NCBI RefSeq assembly: GCF_006345805.1
Contig: NC_042998.1
Location: 66,588,001 to 66,652,000, forward strand
Direction of reading: 5' to 3'
DNA: 64,000 nt
DNA from: Octopus sinensis
Taxonomy: Eukaryota
A program made the position numbers and the translations under genes. Positions 40,319 to 55,114 of the stretch are shown in pieces (position 1 is the first letter of the stretch; each line of letters opens with the position of its first letter). The notes below the pieces were generated by a model that saw only the letters and a list, made by a program, of their open reading frames with translations, searched no databases and had not been told where the DNA came from.

Positions 40319-42982
40319 CGCGTGTATATATATGTGTGTGTGTGTTAAGCATTATTATTATTGTTATTATTAGAATTATCAATCGCATTTTTATTATTTG
40401 GCCATACTTCTAATTTCTATATTTCACTTATGTATGCTCCTATCAGTATATTTTTCCGACAGCTGTGTTTCATCCAATTAATAGGGAAAACAAACACAAA
40501 CTGACATTCTGAGTACAAGGAAAACTAAATAGCACACTTATCTATCTGAACTGTAAATCAAAATACGTTTAGATTCAAATAGTCATAAGGATTTTCACTT
40601 GATCTTTTGTTACAGAATGAATGTAATTCTATATTTAACAACAGTCCATGTATACTCTCCTTTATAAATATTTTATTACCCTGTCTCTTAAAGATAAAAA
40701 AAAAGGATGTATTCAGATTAAATGATATTGGCGTGCTTTGAATTCAGAATTTATTTACACTTGACTGAGCATTCTAACCATTTCCTAAAGTCAGTTTTTA
40801 CAAGGAAATAATTTGATGCAAAGATTCATTAGATTCTTATAGGAAATATACAGCTATTGAAACGAAAGATACTGGCAAATTTCCTTGTTTACTCGCTATC
40901 TGTTTTTTAAAGAGAGTAAATGATGGGATATGTAGGGTGTTTTATTGGCAATACCCAGATGAAAAATTAGATTATTCTTGGTGGAAAAGGTTGATGTAGC
41001 ACTGGAATACACTAATCATTGCACCATCGTTTAAACGGACACTTGTGTTTTAACTTTATCAATAAAGCAAGTTGCATGTTGATAACGATTTATAAAGCGA
41101 TTAAATTAACTCCATTATGTCTCTGTAGCATTATGTCTCTGTAGCATTGCCTAGGACAAATAAAAGACGTAGCTAAAATCGGTAGGATTTCTGCAGGAAA
41201 TATAAAGACTAGTCACTAGTTCAAGTAATTTTTTCACACTCTCTAACGATTCTGTCGACCCACCACGCTAAATAAACAGTTTGATGCATTTACGCTAATT
41301 ACATTCATCATTTTTAAGATTGAGGCAAAATTGTTAGCACGTTGGACAAAGTGGTGAGAGTTGTTTTGTTCGTCTTTGCTGTCTAAACTCAAATTCCACC
41401 GAGTTTAACGTTGCCCTTCATCCTTTTGGAGTCAGCAAAACAAATACCGGTCACATACTGGAGTCGATGTAATCGACTCATTCTTCCGCTCAACAGCTAT
41501 TTCCCTGTGCCAAAATTTTAAACCATTATCACTTTTTACGTTGTTGTTGTTGCTGTTTTATTTTTGTTGCTGTTGTTGTTGTTGTCGTCGTCGGTCCTTA
41601 TCTGTTGTTTATCAGACATGTGGCGAGCTGGAAGAATATTTTGCGTGAAGGTTGAATTGTCACGCGTTGCTTCTGGAATTTCTATCTTGTGAATTCAAAT
41701 CACGCTGATCAGATGGCCTCATCACGTTTCCAAGAAAGAACTGAGTCCAAACACGCAAAAGCCCACTGCATCCCACCTCATAGATATCCTCAGCATGCAA
41801 TGGTATGGATATGACGTCTGATTACCCCACGTCGTCCTAACAGAGCCTTACTCTCATTCCATAAAAGCAGGCCTAGCACCAGACGGCTAGACGTGATTGG
41901 GGTAGATTTCCAGAGGTTCAGTGTCATCTTGGAGGATGCACAGAACCGCTAGTGATGGAAAAAAAATCGATGGACACGGTCGATGATTTATATGGACATC
42001 TAAGCTTGAATGACCTAATCTCATCAAACTGGAGCATGAAGAAGCAGAAGGGGAAGTAGCAAGAATCACACAAGATCACCATTGCTTCTGACCTTTCAAG
42101 CGGATATAATAAAACACCAGTCCAAGGCTCTCCTCTCGCCAAATTTACATGCAAGTATTTTTACAATATGAAAAGTGGTTGAGACTCTCGGACCAACCTT
42201 TAAAGTAAATCAAAATTTCTCGCGTTATCGTTTCGACCCCATAAGTTTGGAATCCGAACCCCACATAGTTGACATTGCTTTTCATCCTCCCGGACTACAT
42301 AGATTAGATTACAGACAAATACAGATTTCGATTTGATCGATTACCACCTCAACACAAATTTCTGCTCATGTGCCCATGTTAAATGTCATTACTACTTCAA
42401 TACTAATTTTGAGACATCTGTAGATTTCAATATAAGACGAGTTTGATGGGTGTATATACCAACACAAATACAAATCATTCGATAGTGAAGATAAATTGGA
42501 AATAAAATTGTGAAGGAAATCGTTAAACGGATGAAGTAAGGATAAAATTAGATTATTGAACACTAATATTCTATATTAAATAAGGTGATGGAGGAGATTG
42601 AGTCAAACTTACAATAAACTTATGGCCATATCTAAATATTTTCAATAGTTAGACACAATTTAATACTTAATATTATAGTAGAAGTCGGCTAAGTTTCAAA
42701 ATGATGGGTTGTATAATATGTTCTTATTTGCATAACATATATGTGTGTGTAAATGTGTGTGTGTGTGTGTGTGTGTGTGTTTGTGTATGTATGTGTCTGT
42801 GCATGCCTTTATGTGTCTGTGTATGACTTTATGTGTCTTTGTGTGCGTTTTCATGCTTCAATAAATATATGTTTATATATCTATATACCTATGCACATAT
42901 GTACACGTATATATTTTTATACTCGCACACACACGCACACACATACACACACATACACACACACATATATATATGTATGTAT

Positions 42983-43450
42983 GCCTGGTGAGCACTGGAG
43001 TGAAAGCATTTGAAGAGGCCAGGATATCGCATGCAAGATTCAAGTAAGATTTAAAGAATAGTGTTACGATCGAGAAGATGAATCACAATGAAGCTTTTAT
43101 GTGCAGTTTGTGTCAGACCATACCTTTATTTTCCTGGGCTCAATTCTCATCTGCGAATCCATGGAATCGATCCTCCACCAACTATTGTGCCTATATGTCC
43201 CTGCATATCTTTCATTGCAATGTATCTCAGAAGGTCTGCAAATCTAACGAAGGCTTCAAAAGATATTGCAAGATCCACAAAGAATTTAACTGCAGCTCTT
43301 CGTGATCCATATCGGGTATGCAACCTATGTGGGCATCTTTTTAAAACATTGTCTCGTTGAAATGGAAAAAGCCAGATCAAATGCTATGATGGTTCTAAGA
43401 CTCAGGTGCAGTAAGTGGTCAAACTGTGCATGAGGGGTAGAAAACAACCA
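42983..43450 (+). mobile_element. Degenerate RTE-type 3' end with C2H2-like fingers
   Basis: LVSTGVKAFEEAR, FMCSLC..GLNSHLRIH and VCNLCGHLFKT across frames. Confidence 0.55.
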
Positions 43451-43467
43451 GACATATGTATACATGT

Positions 43468-43559
<92 letters not shown>

Positions 43560-43720
43560 ATATATATATATATAATATATATATATAATTTATTATATAG
43601 AAGGAGCTTCTACAGGACTAGAACTGTTTCATTCAAGAGAAATCATCATAATAAATTAATTTTACTCTGCTATGTATTGAGTACCTTATTTACTGTGGTT
43701 AACCCCGAATCAACCCGGGA

Positions 43721-43777
<57 letters not shown>

Positions 43778-43784
43778 GTTGTTT

Positions 43785-44350
43785 TGTAGTAAGAAACTTG
43801 GTTCCAAAGCACATGATCCTAGGGTCAGTACCATACTGTGGTAACTTGGCATGTGTTCTCTGTTACAGTCTCAGACCAACCAAACACTTGTGAGTGGATT
43901 TGGTAGACAGAAACTAAAAGAAAGACGTTGTATATATATAGTTAATCCAAGCATGAAAACACCAAGAGAAAACACAACAACGCGAGGACGTGGAACAAAT
44001 ATAGTATTATTGGACGCTCAGGAAGGAAGGGAAAAAGGAGGGTTTTACGTTTCGAGCGGAGCTCTTCGTCAGAAATATAGGAAAAGGAAAGATCCAGAAA
44101 AGGGAAGACGGAAGAAAAAAATCTCCATCGATACACACGCGGTGTGTGTTTCTGTCTGTGCTCTTCTCTCATCACTGCTTGAGAACTGGTGTTGGTTTAT
44201 TTACTTCCCCTTAACTTACTGGTTTGACAAGAAGAGACGGATAGAATAAGTACCAGGCTTATCAAAATAAAAAAATGCGTTGGGGTCGATTCATTTGACA
44301 AAAACTTTTTCAAAGCAGTGTCTCATATTTTTTTGTTTGCCCCTCAATTG
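43785..44350 (+). mobile_element. Family-2 SINE interrupted by a ~200-bp Penelope-type pLTR fragment (about 43942-44140)
   Basis: SINE core before 43930 resumes near 44143; the insert contains a minus-strand hammerhead motif. Confidence 0.7.
44043..44075 (-). ncRNA. Minimal type I hammerhead ribozyme motif (Penelope-type)
   Basis: Minus strand ttt-CTGACGA-a-GAGC-tcc-GCTC-GAAA-cg-TA-aaa: intact core, 4-bp stem II, palindromic ACGT stem III. Confidence 0.7.
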
Positions 44351-44387
44351 TATTTACTACTCTATCTTTCTGCGTACACACACACAC

Positions 44388-44454
<67 letters not shown>

Positions 44455-44600
44455 GTGAAATAGAAAGATGAATAATCTTGTAGTAGATTAATCAAAAGTT
44501 TAACCGATACCTTAGTAGCAAAAATCACAGCAGTAAACAGCACGGTTGGAGGTACAACCATCTGGCGTTGCAACCGTGCGTTGGTGCGGATAATTGAAAT

Positions 44601-44867
<267 letters not shown>

Positions 44868-47800
44868 ATACATATTTACACATGTATGTATATGTGCATA
44901 TATATGTATATATATACATACACACACACACATATATATAATATATATATATATATTATATAAATGCCAATGTCTTTATGCGTGTTCGTGTGTTACTTAT
45001 AGACTAAAAAAAATTGCAGCGGCCCTAATGAAATTTGAAACGCAAAATCGAAGCCTAGGGAGAAGAGTAATACCGTATATTTCATACAGTTTGGCGTACC
45101 ATAATTACTGAATGGATACTTATCATATTTGGAACTTAAATTCAATGCATAAGGGCGGGTATAATGCAGTATGTTTGGTTTGAGGTGGCTTAAAGTGGGC
45201 AGAAACCCCATGAGAATTCATCAATTTCCGATCTTGATGAAATTTAAACTATAGGTTATTGACACACTCCAAGAAGTATTTCCAAAGTTCCTGCTCCTCA
45301 TGAGGATTCAAAGATCTCCTAATGCGGGCTTTAACTCTCAAATTGTATTCATTTTTTATGGTCCAAAACTAGGTTCAACAGTAGTGAATGGATCTTTATA
45401 AAATTTGGAAGTTATATTCTATGCATATGGTTATTCATAGTCGCGAATATGTTTCATGTTTCCATGAACCATAATATGCAATCAGTAGGTGTATCAAGGT
45501 GTTTGGCTCTCTCTTCTCTGTAGCTCATCCAAAGTTGTAATTGTTTTCTTTCATACCACTTATGTGTCGGTATGGCTTTGTTAATATCAATGTTAAAATA
45601 AATGTTTTGGATTACTTGTCTACTTTCTAGAGGCATACTCTCATTGGGCCTTCTACTGTTTACGAAATGTATTTTTGTGGCCAGATCACTATATATTTAT
45701 ATTTGCATTCCGAGCCAATTGGCTTTTATCCTAGTCATCGTTGTTCTTCCTTGCACGCTCCATTTATGAATCTTGTACAACCAACATTTATGAAAATTGT
45801 GTGTACTCTGATGTCATATTTGTCTGGATTTTCAGAAAATTTTTATTGATACAAGAGAGGAAGCATTTTCTTAGTGCATGAGCATAAATTCGATTTAAGG
45901 GTGCATAGTAAAATTATTTTGTACATAGCAATATAGAGTAAAATATTGAATTTATGTATAATATGACACGGAAATACGCATAGAAACGCATTATCTTTCA
46001 CAGATATACAGAAAATATTTACTAATCTTGTGTTTATACGCTATTCTCCCAGATGATTGTAGTGTTTTAATCATCTCTTCCAAATTCTCAAAATTTTCTT
46101 AACTTTTCCGCTTTTATCTTTGCATGTAATAATTGTTTCTACTGATTGTTTCTATGTATGATGCCACCACACAGCTGAATTCAATGATTATACGACAAAA
46201 TATTATGAACTAAAGCAGAAGTGGTAGAAAATGTATTCCTGAAATGAAAACAAATATATGTATGCATATGTTTGTATATTTATATGGTGAAAAATAGATA
46301 ACGACAAAGTCACGTACGAAGGTTTATACGTAGACATATGTATTTGAGGATGAGAAAATGTTGGTCAATCTTCACCAAATGACTTTAGTTTTATTTTGGA
46401 AAACACCAAAATCTTCCAGTAAAAGAAACATTAACATATTTTCCAAATATGTTATTCCAAAGTCATTTGTATTGCCTATGCTGAAAATCTATACATGTAA
46501 CCAACCTAAACCTCGTACATCGTTTATTATGCTACATTCGTAGATAGAGTTGTGTTTTAATATAGTAAGACTATAACACTTGAGCACAGAAATATGGCTG
46601 TGAATATTGAAATAAAGAAAAAGAGATCTATTAACAGATTCTAAGAATGTGACAAATTCAAACATTTTCGTTTGGATTTCATTTTTTTTAATTATATATA
46701 TTGGAAGCGACAATTTTATTTATGCTATTTTATTTGTCAATTTTGTTCAGCTGTATACGATAAGAATTTGTTACATTTTGTCTCCTGCCAATAAATTCTA
46801 TCATATCAGTTATACGTTTATTCCACGAGCAAGAACAAACAAAAATATTCCTCTCCTCTCTTCCTAATAGCATTGGCATAAAAAACACGATTTGGTTAAA
46901 CAATTCCTTGCAGAGCCCGATCACAAACACACATCCACACATAGAAACACACAGGCACGTTCGCACACGCAGACACACATACACTCATACGTATATACAT
47001 GCAAATGAGTATGTGGATGTATGCGTGTATATGTGTTTGTGCAATGTGTTTGTATTTATGTGTATGTGTATATATGCCCTGGATTGCATGTATATATTGA
47101 AATTCAGGATTGCATGTGCATCTTTCTTTTTATATTTCTTGTCAAATTCTTTGTTCATTTTTCTTTATTCATTTCCATTTTTATTTTCTCCTTCAACGAC
47201 GACCACTCTTAATATCTTCATCTCATTATTAATATTGCCATTCTGCTTATTGTTAATGTTGAAGTTGCTGATGTTTGATGATTTTATTTTTATTGTACAT
47301 TTATATTTTCGTTCAGACGTCATGTTAAAATGTCACGTAATTACTAAAGAAGAGATGTTCTATTTGAATGAAAGGCGTATGAAATTTAAGGTTGTACATT
47401 ATATTCTCTTGTTTATTCATTCTAATTCAAAAGTCACTCACACCAGAAAGTTGACTTCATCGTGTGATGTATTTGTCTTGCATTTATTATTGCTTGTCTT
47501 TTCCGTTTATTCTTAAAGAAAAATGCTTCAAACTTTATGTTCTATTCCACTTTCATAACTGTCAGGTCACATTATTTACACAAGCATGAATTTGTCACTT
47601 GCAAAAGAATATTTTCAAAGGAAAAATAAAAGCCAGTACAAAATTTATTGAAATATTTTACTGATTTTTCCAATTTCCACAACTTACTTAAGAAATATGT
47701 ATAATCTAGACAATGTGTCTCAAACTATAAACATTTTTTGAAATCTAAATATTCTGGTTTGTAACGTATTCGCGAACACAATATTCTTCTTCTTTTACAA

Positions 47801-48125
47801 ACGTAATTACACTTTTTTTTAGAACTTATTTCTAAAAATTTTCTATTAGTGAACATTAAGCATCTGGTATTCTTTTTACAATTATTCTACTTTTGATATC
47901 GTATCGTAAGATTTATTTTAACTATAAAATCAACTTGTTATTTACCAATCGCATTCTATATAATTTACACTTTCCTTGACTCTATATTCAAATATTATTC
48001 TCATATCTGTCACGCCAGAGTTCATGTGTTTTCTAATTATTCTGATGCTTATTTTACAACAATATTCATTGTACCTGGGGTAATGTTATAATTATTCTGA
48101 AAACACTAGGAGCAACAGAAGCAGT

Positions 48126-48310
48126 GGAGGTGCAATAGCCCAGTGATTACGGCAGCGGACTCGCGGTCGTATGAACGCGGTTTCGATTCCCAGACCGAGC
48201 ATTGTGAGTGTTTATTGAGCAAAAACACCTAAGCTCCACGAGGCTCCAGCGGGGGAGGGGAACTCCGCTGTATTCTTTCACCACAACTTTCTCTCACTCT
48301 TCCTTCCTAT
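48126..48310 (+). mobile_element. tRNA-derived SINE head, third family
   Basis: A-box-like tagcccagtgattacgg and B-box-like ggtttcgattccc followed by non-tRNA sequence. Confidence 0.6.
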
Positions 48311-49080
48311 TTCTGCCACAAAGCAATGGAATCATGGTGTTACACGTTATTGTTTGGTAAACTTTCAGATCCTAGTCTAGATTGTGAATCCTCTGTGCCC
48401 CAGGATGGTTAAGCTCTCCAGCCGTTAAAAGCTACGGTTTACGGAATGAGGATAACGTAGCTTTCGCGCATGTACAACCGCCAGTCTATCGCGTGTGGTG
48501 AGTGGATCTTCAAGTTGCTACACGCATTCTTATTAGCTTAGAGGAGGCTCGAATTAGAGATTATTCTATGTGGATAATGGTGTGAGTCCTGATTGGAAGA
48601 AGAAGAAGAAGAAGAAGAGAAGAAGAAGCAACAGCTGCAACTTCAACATTAACACCATCGTTGTAAATGCTATCATTTTTAAGGCAGTAATCTATTAGGA
48701 AGGCAATCACGCGGGATAAAATACTTAACGGCATTTCGTCCGTCTTTACGTTTTGAGTTCAATTTCCGCTGAAGTCGACTTACTCCTTCATCATGTCGGT
48801 GTCGGTAAAACAATCACCAGTTGATTACTGGAGCCGATGGGATTGACTAGATTACTGCTAGTGATCAGAGATGCACATATTGTCAACTACTAAGGGACAT
48901 GCTCAAGTGGTTAAGGTCAAACAACTGACAAGCTAATATGTGATATTGAGCAGAATATTTGCTGTAGCCCATCTTTTATACCAAGACAAAACAATGTACA
49001 TGATAACATTTCCAATCAGTTAAGATCAGCAGCCATGAGAGCCACTGCCTGATACTGCATCAGGGCATTCATTATTATTA

Positions 49081-49130
<50 letters not shown>

Positions 49131-49132
<2 letters not shown>

Positions 49133-50462
49133 ATAGTTTTATTTTTATAGCGTGCTTTCACTTCACTACCGAGCGCAGCTCTGTGTGCTTTAGGTATGTA
49201 CTGTGATGTGTTGTGATGCTCTGATGGTTATTGTATGGAAAGTGTTCTGCGTAGGATGTGTGCAGTGCCTAGTAGTGCAATTTTCTGTATGTTATATGTG
49301 TTTGTAAGTCCTGGTGTTTTTGTTATGTATTTGTCTGAATAATTTTTCATCATGCCTAATTGATGGGAATTGTTTCTGTTTTTAGATTCCACATTCTGGT
49401 TACATCTATTTCAATGTCTTTGTATTTTGAGAGTTTCTCCATTTCTTTTAGAGACACGTTGTCATCTGCCGGTATTGATACATCAATTAGAAAGCATTTT
49501 TTCTTCATTTGTGTGTGTTGTGTCTTATTTAGTTCATGCATTCCTAAGTATTTGTAAGTTTGGCTTTGGTCCAATTCTTTTATTTCATTGGTTTTATCTA
49601 GTGTGATGTTGCTACTCTTAACTAGTTTTCCTCTTTTCATGGTTACTTTGGCGCAATTTTCTAATCCAAATTTCATATCTATTTCTTTGGTAAATCCATG
49701 AACTATCTTTAATAGTGTTTCCAGCTGTTTGTCATTTGCAGCGTATAGTTTTAGGTCATCCATATATAAAAGGTGGCTGATAGTTTCGCCGTAACATTTA
49801 TATCCGCATCCAGTTCTATTTAGCATATCAGATAGAGGTGTCAGTGCCAAGAAGAAAAGGAGTGGAGAGAGCGTGTCTCCCTGGAATATTCCTCTTCTAA
49901 TGGGGATGGCTTTGGTTTTCATGAGTCCTTCTTTTGTTTGGAGCTGTAGCACTGTTTGCCATTTATTCATAGAGTGCCCTATGAATTTTATAATTGTTGG
50001 TGATACTTTGTTAATGGCTAGTGTTTCGAGGATTCATGTGTGGGGGATGCTATCAAACGCCTTTTTGTAGTCGATCCAGGCCATACTGAGGCCTTTCTTC
50101 TTTCTGTGGCTGTCTTCAGTAATGGTTTTATTAATCATTAGTTGATCTTTACCGCCATATGAGCCTTTGCGGTATCCTTTCTGCTCTTCTGGAAACAGGT
50201 TGTTTTCGTCCAGGTGCTTGTTCAGACTTTGCGATATTGTAGGGAGACAGGTTATTGGGCTGTAATTTTCTGATTTTGCTGTCTCATTTGATTTGGGAAT
50301 TAAGATGGTTTTCCCTTCGTGAGCCATTCAGGCATTGTCTCTGGCTCTGCTAGTATGTTGTTAAAATTTTCAACCCGCTTTTTGTGCATTCCTGTTAGAT
50401 ATTTCAACCAGAAGTTGGGGATCTTGTCATGCCCAGGTGCCTTCCAGTTGCTTAGTCTTTGC
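49131..50462 (-). mobile_element. Dong/R4 family B copy, 5'-truncated with an internal deletion
   Basis: RT motifs (EQKGY, GIFQGDTLSPLLF, YMDDLKL) joined directly to the endonuclease end; 3' UTR matches 34275-34373; (ATT)n on both sides. Confidence 0.9.
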
Positions 50463-50536
<74 letters not shown>

Positions 50537-50553
50537 GCTGCTGCTGCTGCTGC

Positions 50554-50585
<32 letters not shown>

Positions 50586-50617
50586 TTGTTGTTGTTGTTG
50601 TTGTTGTTATTGTTGTT

Positions 50618-50670
<53 letters not shown>

Positions 50671-50742
50671 TATTATTATTATATTATTATTATTACTATA
50701 TTATTATTATTACTATTATTATTATTACTATTATTATATTAC

Positions 50743-50777
<35 letters not shown>

Positions 50778-50790
50778 TATTATTATTATT
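50463..50790. repeat. Compound (ATT)n/(GTT)n/(GCT)n microsatellite
   Basis: Directly visible between the two Dong copies. Confidence 0.95.
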
Positions 50791-53700
50791 CTATGTTTGA
50801 CTTTTGCTTTATGTCTGTACAAGTTGGCTCCAAGTCTCACCCAGAGACCTCAAGAGACAACAGGTTGGAAGTTCTGTGCCATATATTTAGGGGGCTTTTT
50901 GGGGGGTTTTTTTCGTGTTGTACTCGTGAATGTCTAATACATAAAAATAAAAAATAAATAAATATTAAAAAAAACCTTGGGATTACATAGAGAGTATTTT
51001 GGGTAGGATATGAGCAGTTCCCATGAGCACTATCTTTTGAATTTCTGCCATTTTGGGGTTTCCTGGTATCTGAGTTAGGTAGCAATCAGTCCCTTTCGCT
51101 ATCATTCCCAGGGCACCTATGACAACAGGCATTATTTTAGTCTTCAGCTTCCACATTTTGCTGATTTCTATTTCAAGATCTTTATATTTGCTCAGTTTTT
51201 GGTAGGTCTTGACAGATACGTTTATATCGATTGGGACAGTCATATCAATGAGGAGGCATGTTCTTTGTCTGAAGTCTTTCAATATAATGTCTGGCCTATT
51301 TGCATCTATCTTCCTGTCAGTTTGAATGGTGAAGTTGCAGAGGAGTGAGATGTGGTCATTTTCAAGCACAGGAGGTGGATTGTGTTCCCACCAGTTTTTT
51401 TCATGCGGCAAATCCAGGTTTTTGCAAATTACCCTGTGAATATATTGTGCAGCTCTATCATGCCTGTTGAGGTACTCTGTAGGCGCTAGAAGACTGAATT
51501 TGGAGACAACATGGTCAATGGTTTCATTTTGTTGTCGGCATACACGACATGTTGGGCTACTGCCGTTCTTTAATATGTTGGCCTGGTAGTTTCTTGTTGG
51601 TAGGCATTGATCTTGAGCTGCTATGATAAATCCCTCTGTTTCAGATTTTAAGCCAGAGGCCATTAGCCATTGATGGGTCAGGGCTTTGTCGATATCTGCA
51701 CTATTCGCTCTCTTTGGGTATTTGCCATAGAGAGGTTTTTCTTGCCATTTATTATTCAGAATATCTAAGGCCGCAGTTATTGGCACGGGTTTTCATGCGC
51801 CTAGCTTTTTCTGTGCTTGTTTCTTGTATATCTATCTCTAATTCCGAAATTGGTTGTATTCGGAATTCACTTAGATATTCCTTTGCCTGTTTTGTGACTG
51901 AGTATGATACTTTCTTGTTTTCATGTTTTGAGACAAGTTTTAACATCCAGTCCTCAGAGTTTTTCAGGTAGGTGTCTAGGCCAATTGTAGCAATCTTCAT
52001 TGTTATTGCCAGTTGCAAAAGACAACGGCCTCCCTCTTTTCTTCGCAGATAGAGTCGTTCTGTATCTGCCTTAGTGTGGTGTATTCTATGCATTGTCAAC
52101 AGTTTCCTTATTTTTCTGTCGAGCTGACATATTTCAGTAATTGACCAGTTAACAATATTGAAACTGTAAGTCACGACTGGTATGGCTAATGCATTGATCG
52201 CTTCGATCCTGTTTTTTGGCATTCAGCTCTGTCTTGAGTATTGCTCTCACTCTTCGATAGCATTCTCTCCTGATCCTTTCCTTCATCTCTGAATGTCTTA
52301 TTCCGTTCCCTTCAATTACCCCTAGGTACTTGTAGCTCTCCGCTGGGTCTAATTCTTTTATGACATTCTGCTGGTCAAGGTTAACGTTAGATGTTTCTGT
52401 CATTTTTCCTTTGATAAAGGTAGCCTTTGCACATTTATCGAGGCCGAATTGCATTCTGATGTCGTCACTGAATTGTTTGACTATCGCTAGTAAGCCCTTG
52501 AGTTGTTGGTCATTTTTTGCAAAAAGCTTCAAATCATCCATGTAAATGAGATGATTTATATTTTTATCAAACATTTTATACCCGTACTGCGCGTCATTGA
52601 GCAGCTTTGAGAGAGGTATTAAGGATAAACAAAAGAGGAGTGGTGACAGTGAGTCACCCTGGAAAATGCCACACGAAATTTTTACATCACCAGCATTTAG
52701 GGATTCATTGTCACTGTTCAGAGTTAGTGTGGTTTTCCATGACCTCATACTTACAGTCAAGAAGTTTCGCAGAGTAGGTGCTATCTTATACATTTCCAGG
52801 CATTTTCTAATCCAGCTATGTGGTAGGCTATCAAAAGCCTTTTTATAGTCTAACCAGGCTACTGATAAGTTTTTGTGTCGTTTGTGACAATCTTCTAAGA
52901 TCATCTTATTGATGAGTAGTTGGTCTTTACAGCCGTAGGATCCACGTTTACATCCTTTCTGTTCATTAGGGAATATGCTGCTGTCTGTTAAAAAACTATA
53001 GGTATATTCCGTCAGGACAGATGTTAGTGTTTTGTACATAGTTGTTAAGCAGGTTATGGGTCTATAGTTTTTTGGTTCATTTGTTTCTTCACTTTTTGGA
53101 AGAAGGAATGTTAACCCATTAACTAGCCAAGGAGGCATCCTACTAGGGTGTTGCAAAACATCATTGTACAGTTCTGTTAGCAGTTCATGGCTCTCTGGGA
53201 AGGCATTCAGCCAGAAGTTAGGAATTTTATCCTTTCCTGGAGACTTCCATTTGCTTGACCTCCTGAGAGCAGATCTTATATCTTCTACCTTGACACCCTC
53301 CCACTTTTGCTTTTCTAAGGAGTCCAGTTCTGTAGATATTCTGTCAATCCAGGGGGCCTTTTCGTTGTGTTTTTTTTTTCTTCTGCCCAGATTTTATTCC
53401 AAAATCCCTGCACTTCTTCTTTTGATGGTACAGACCTTGCAGTAAACGCTGCTTTTCCTATCTTCCTATAAAAATTCTTGGTGTTATTTTTGAACATGTT
53501 GTTGTCCTTGAAAAATCTAACACGCTTTTCATACCTCGCTATGCGGGCAGCTTTGGCAGATACCTTTTGTTTGATGGTTTCTATGGTGGCATCAATATCA
53601 AGTATAGTTTTCATATTGTATTTTTTCAGTAATTTTTGGGTTTTTGTAGGTTTGGCAGTCTTGTGAGCCTTAAGGTTTTTCAAATATTCAATGTCAGATC

Positions 53701-54263
53701 TAAATATTTTAATTTGTTGTTGCAGACGCTCTTGCCAAGAAGGCTTTTTGTGGGAATGTTGCCGTTTTCTAATCTTTACACCACAGTAGATTGTTGAGAT
53801 TTTCGCGGATGCATAGTATAGGTGGTTGAGGTTTGTGATATCAACATCATTAGCTGAAATTATATCCTTAAGTGCAAGCCGGATTTTACCAATTATTTTC
53901 ATGTTTTGGTTAGAGTTGCGGATTTTAGGAAGTGTATCACGTTCATCCATGCTGGTTTCTTTAATTTTCAGCCATTCAATCATGATTTGATTTTTTAGCT
54001 CATGTAGTTCTGTTGGGTCAATATTTGTGTGACTTTCTTTATCTATTTGATGCTCATCTTTCTTAGTGTTTATGATTGGTTCAGGGAGTATTTCACTTTG
54101 CCTATCACTTATACTAACTCTTTCAATCCTCACTTCGTTTTTATCAGCCCTGGGCTGGTCTATAATTATTTCCTCTGTATTATCTTCTCTAGCTGCAGCT
54201 TCGTTCATTTTATCCGATATTGCTTGTCTAACCTGATCAATCTCTACTTCAGTCAGTAATTTT
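50791..54263 (-). mobile_element. Dong/R4 family A copy, 5'-truncated
   Basis: ORFs 53315-54208, 52149-53156, 51752-52222 and 50983-51786 are nearly identical in protein sequence to the copy at 29500-32765. Confidence 0.93.
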
Positions 54264-54305
54264 TTTTCAGTAATTACTTAGTAATTCAGTAATTTATTCT
54301 TATTC

Positions 54306-54364
<59 letters not shown>

Positions 54365-54405
54365 ATCATCATTATTATTATTATTATTATCATTATTATT
54401 ATTAT

Positions 54406-54733
<328 letters not shown>

Positions 54734-54944
54734 CATACATGAGATGGTAGAATCGATAGCGCGCCGGAGAAAATGTCTAGTAGCATTTTTCCATTGTTAC
54801 ACTCTCCCTTGAAATTCCACTGGAGTCGACATTGCTTTTCATTCTTCAGAATTGATAAGATAAGTATCAGTGGTGCAGTGGGGTCGATTTAACTGCCTTA
54901 CACCATAACGTCAATTTAGTGATCGTGTGCTAAAATCTGAAACC

Positions 54945-54983
54945 ATTACCATTACTACTACTATTACTACTACTACTACTACA

Positions 54984-55029
<46 letters not shown>

Positions 55030-55065
55030 TTACTACCACTACTACTACTACTACCACTACTACTA

Positions 55066-55105
<40 letters not shown>

Positions 55106-55113
55106 TACTACTA
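54945..55113. repeat. (ACT)n microsatellite
   Basis: Directly visible. Confidence 0.95.
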
Positions 55114-55114
55114 T

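Noticed and set aside
44955-45450. Second Helitron-like 5' end (tatataaatgccaatgtc...)
   Set aside because: No matching 3' hairpin and CTAG end was identified.
48126-48200. tRNA gene
   Set aside because: A/B-box-like motifs are present but there is no complete cloverleaf, and it continues into SINE-like body sequence.
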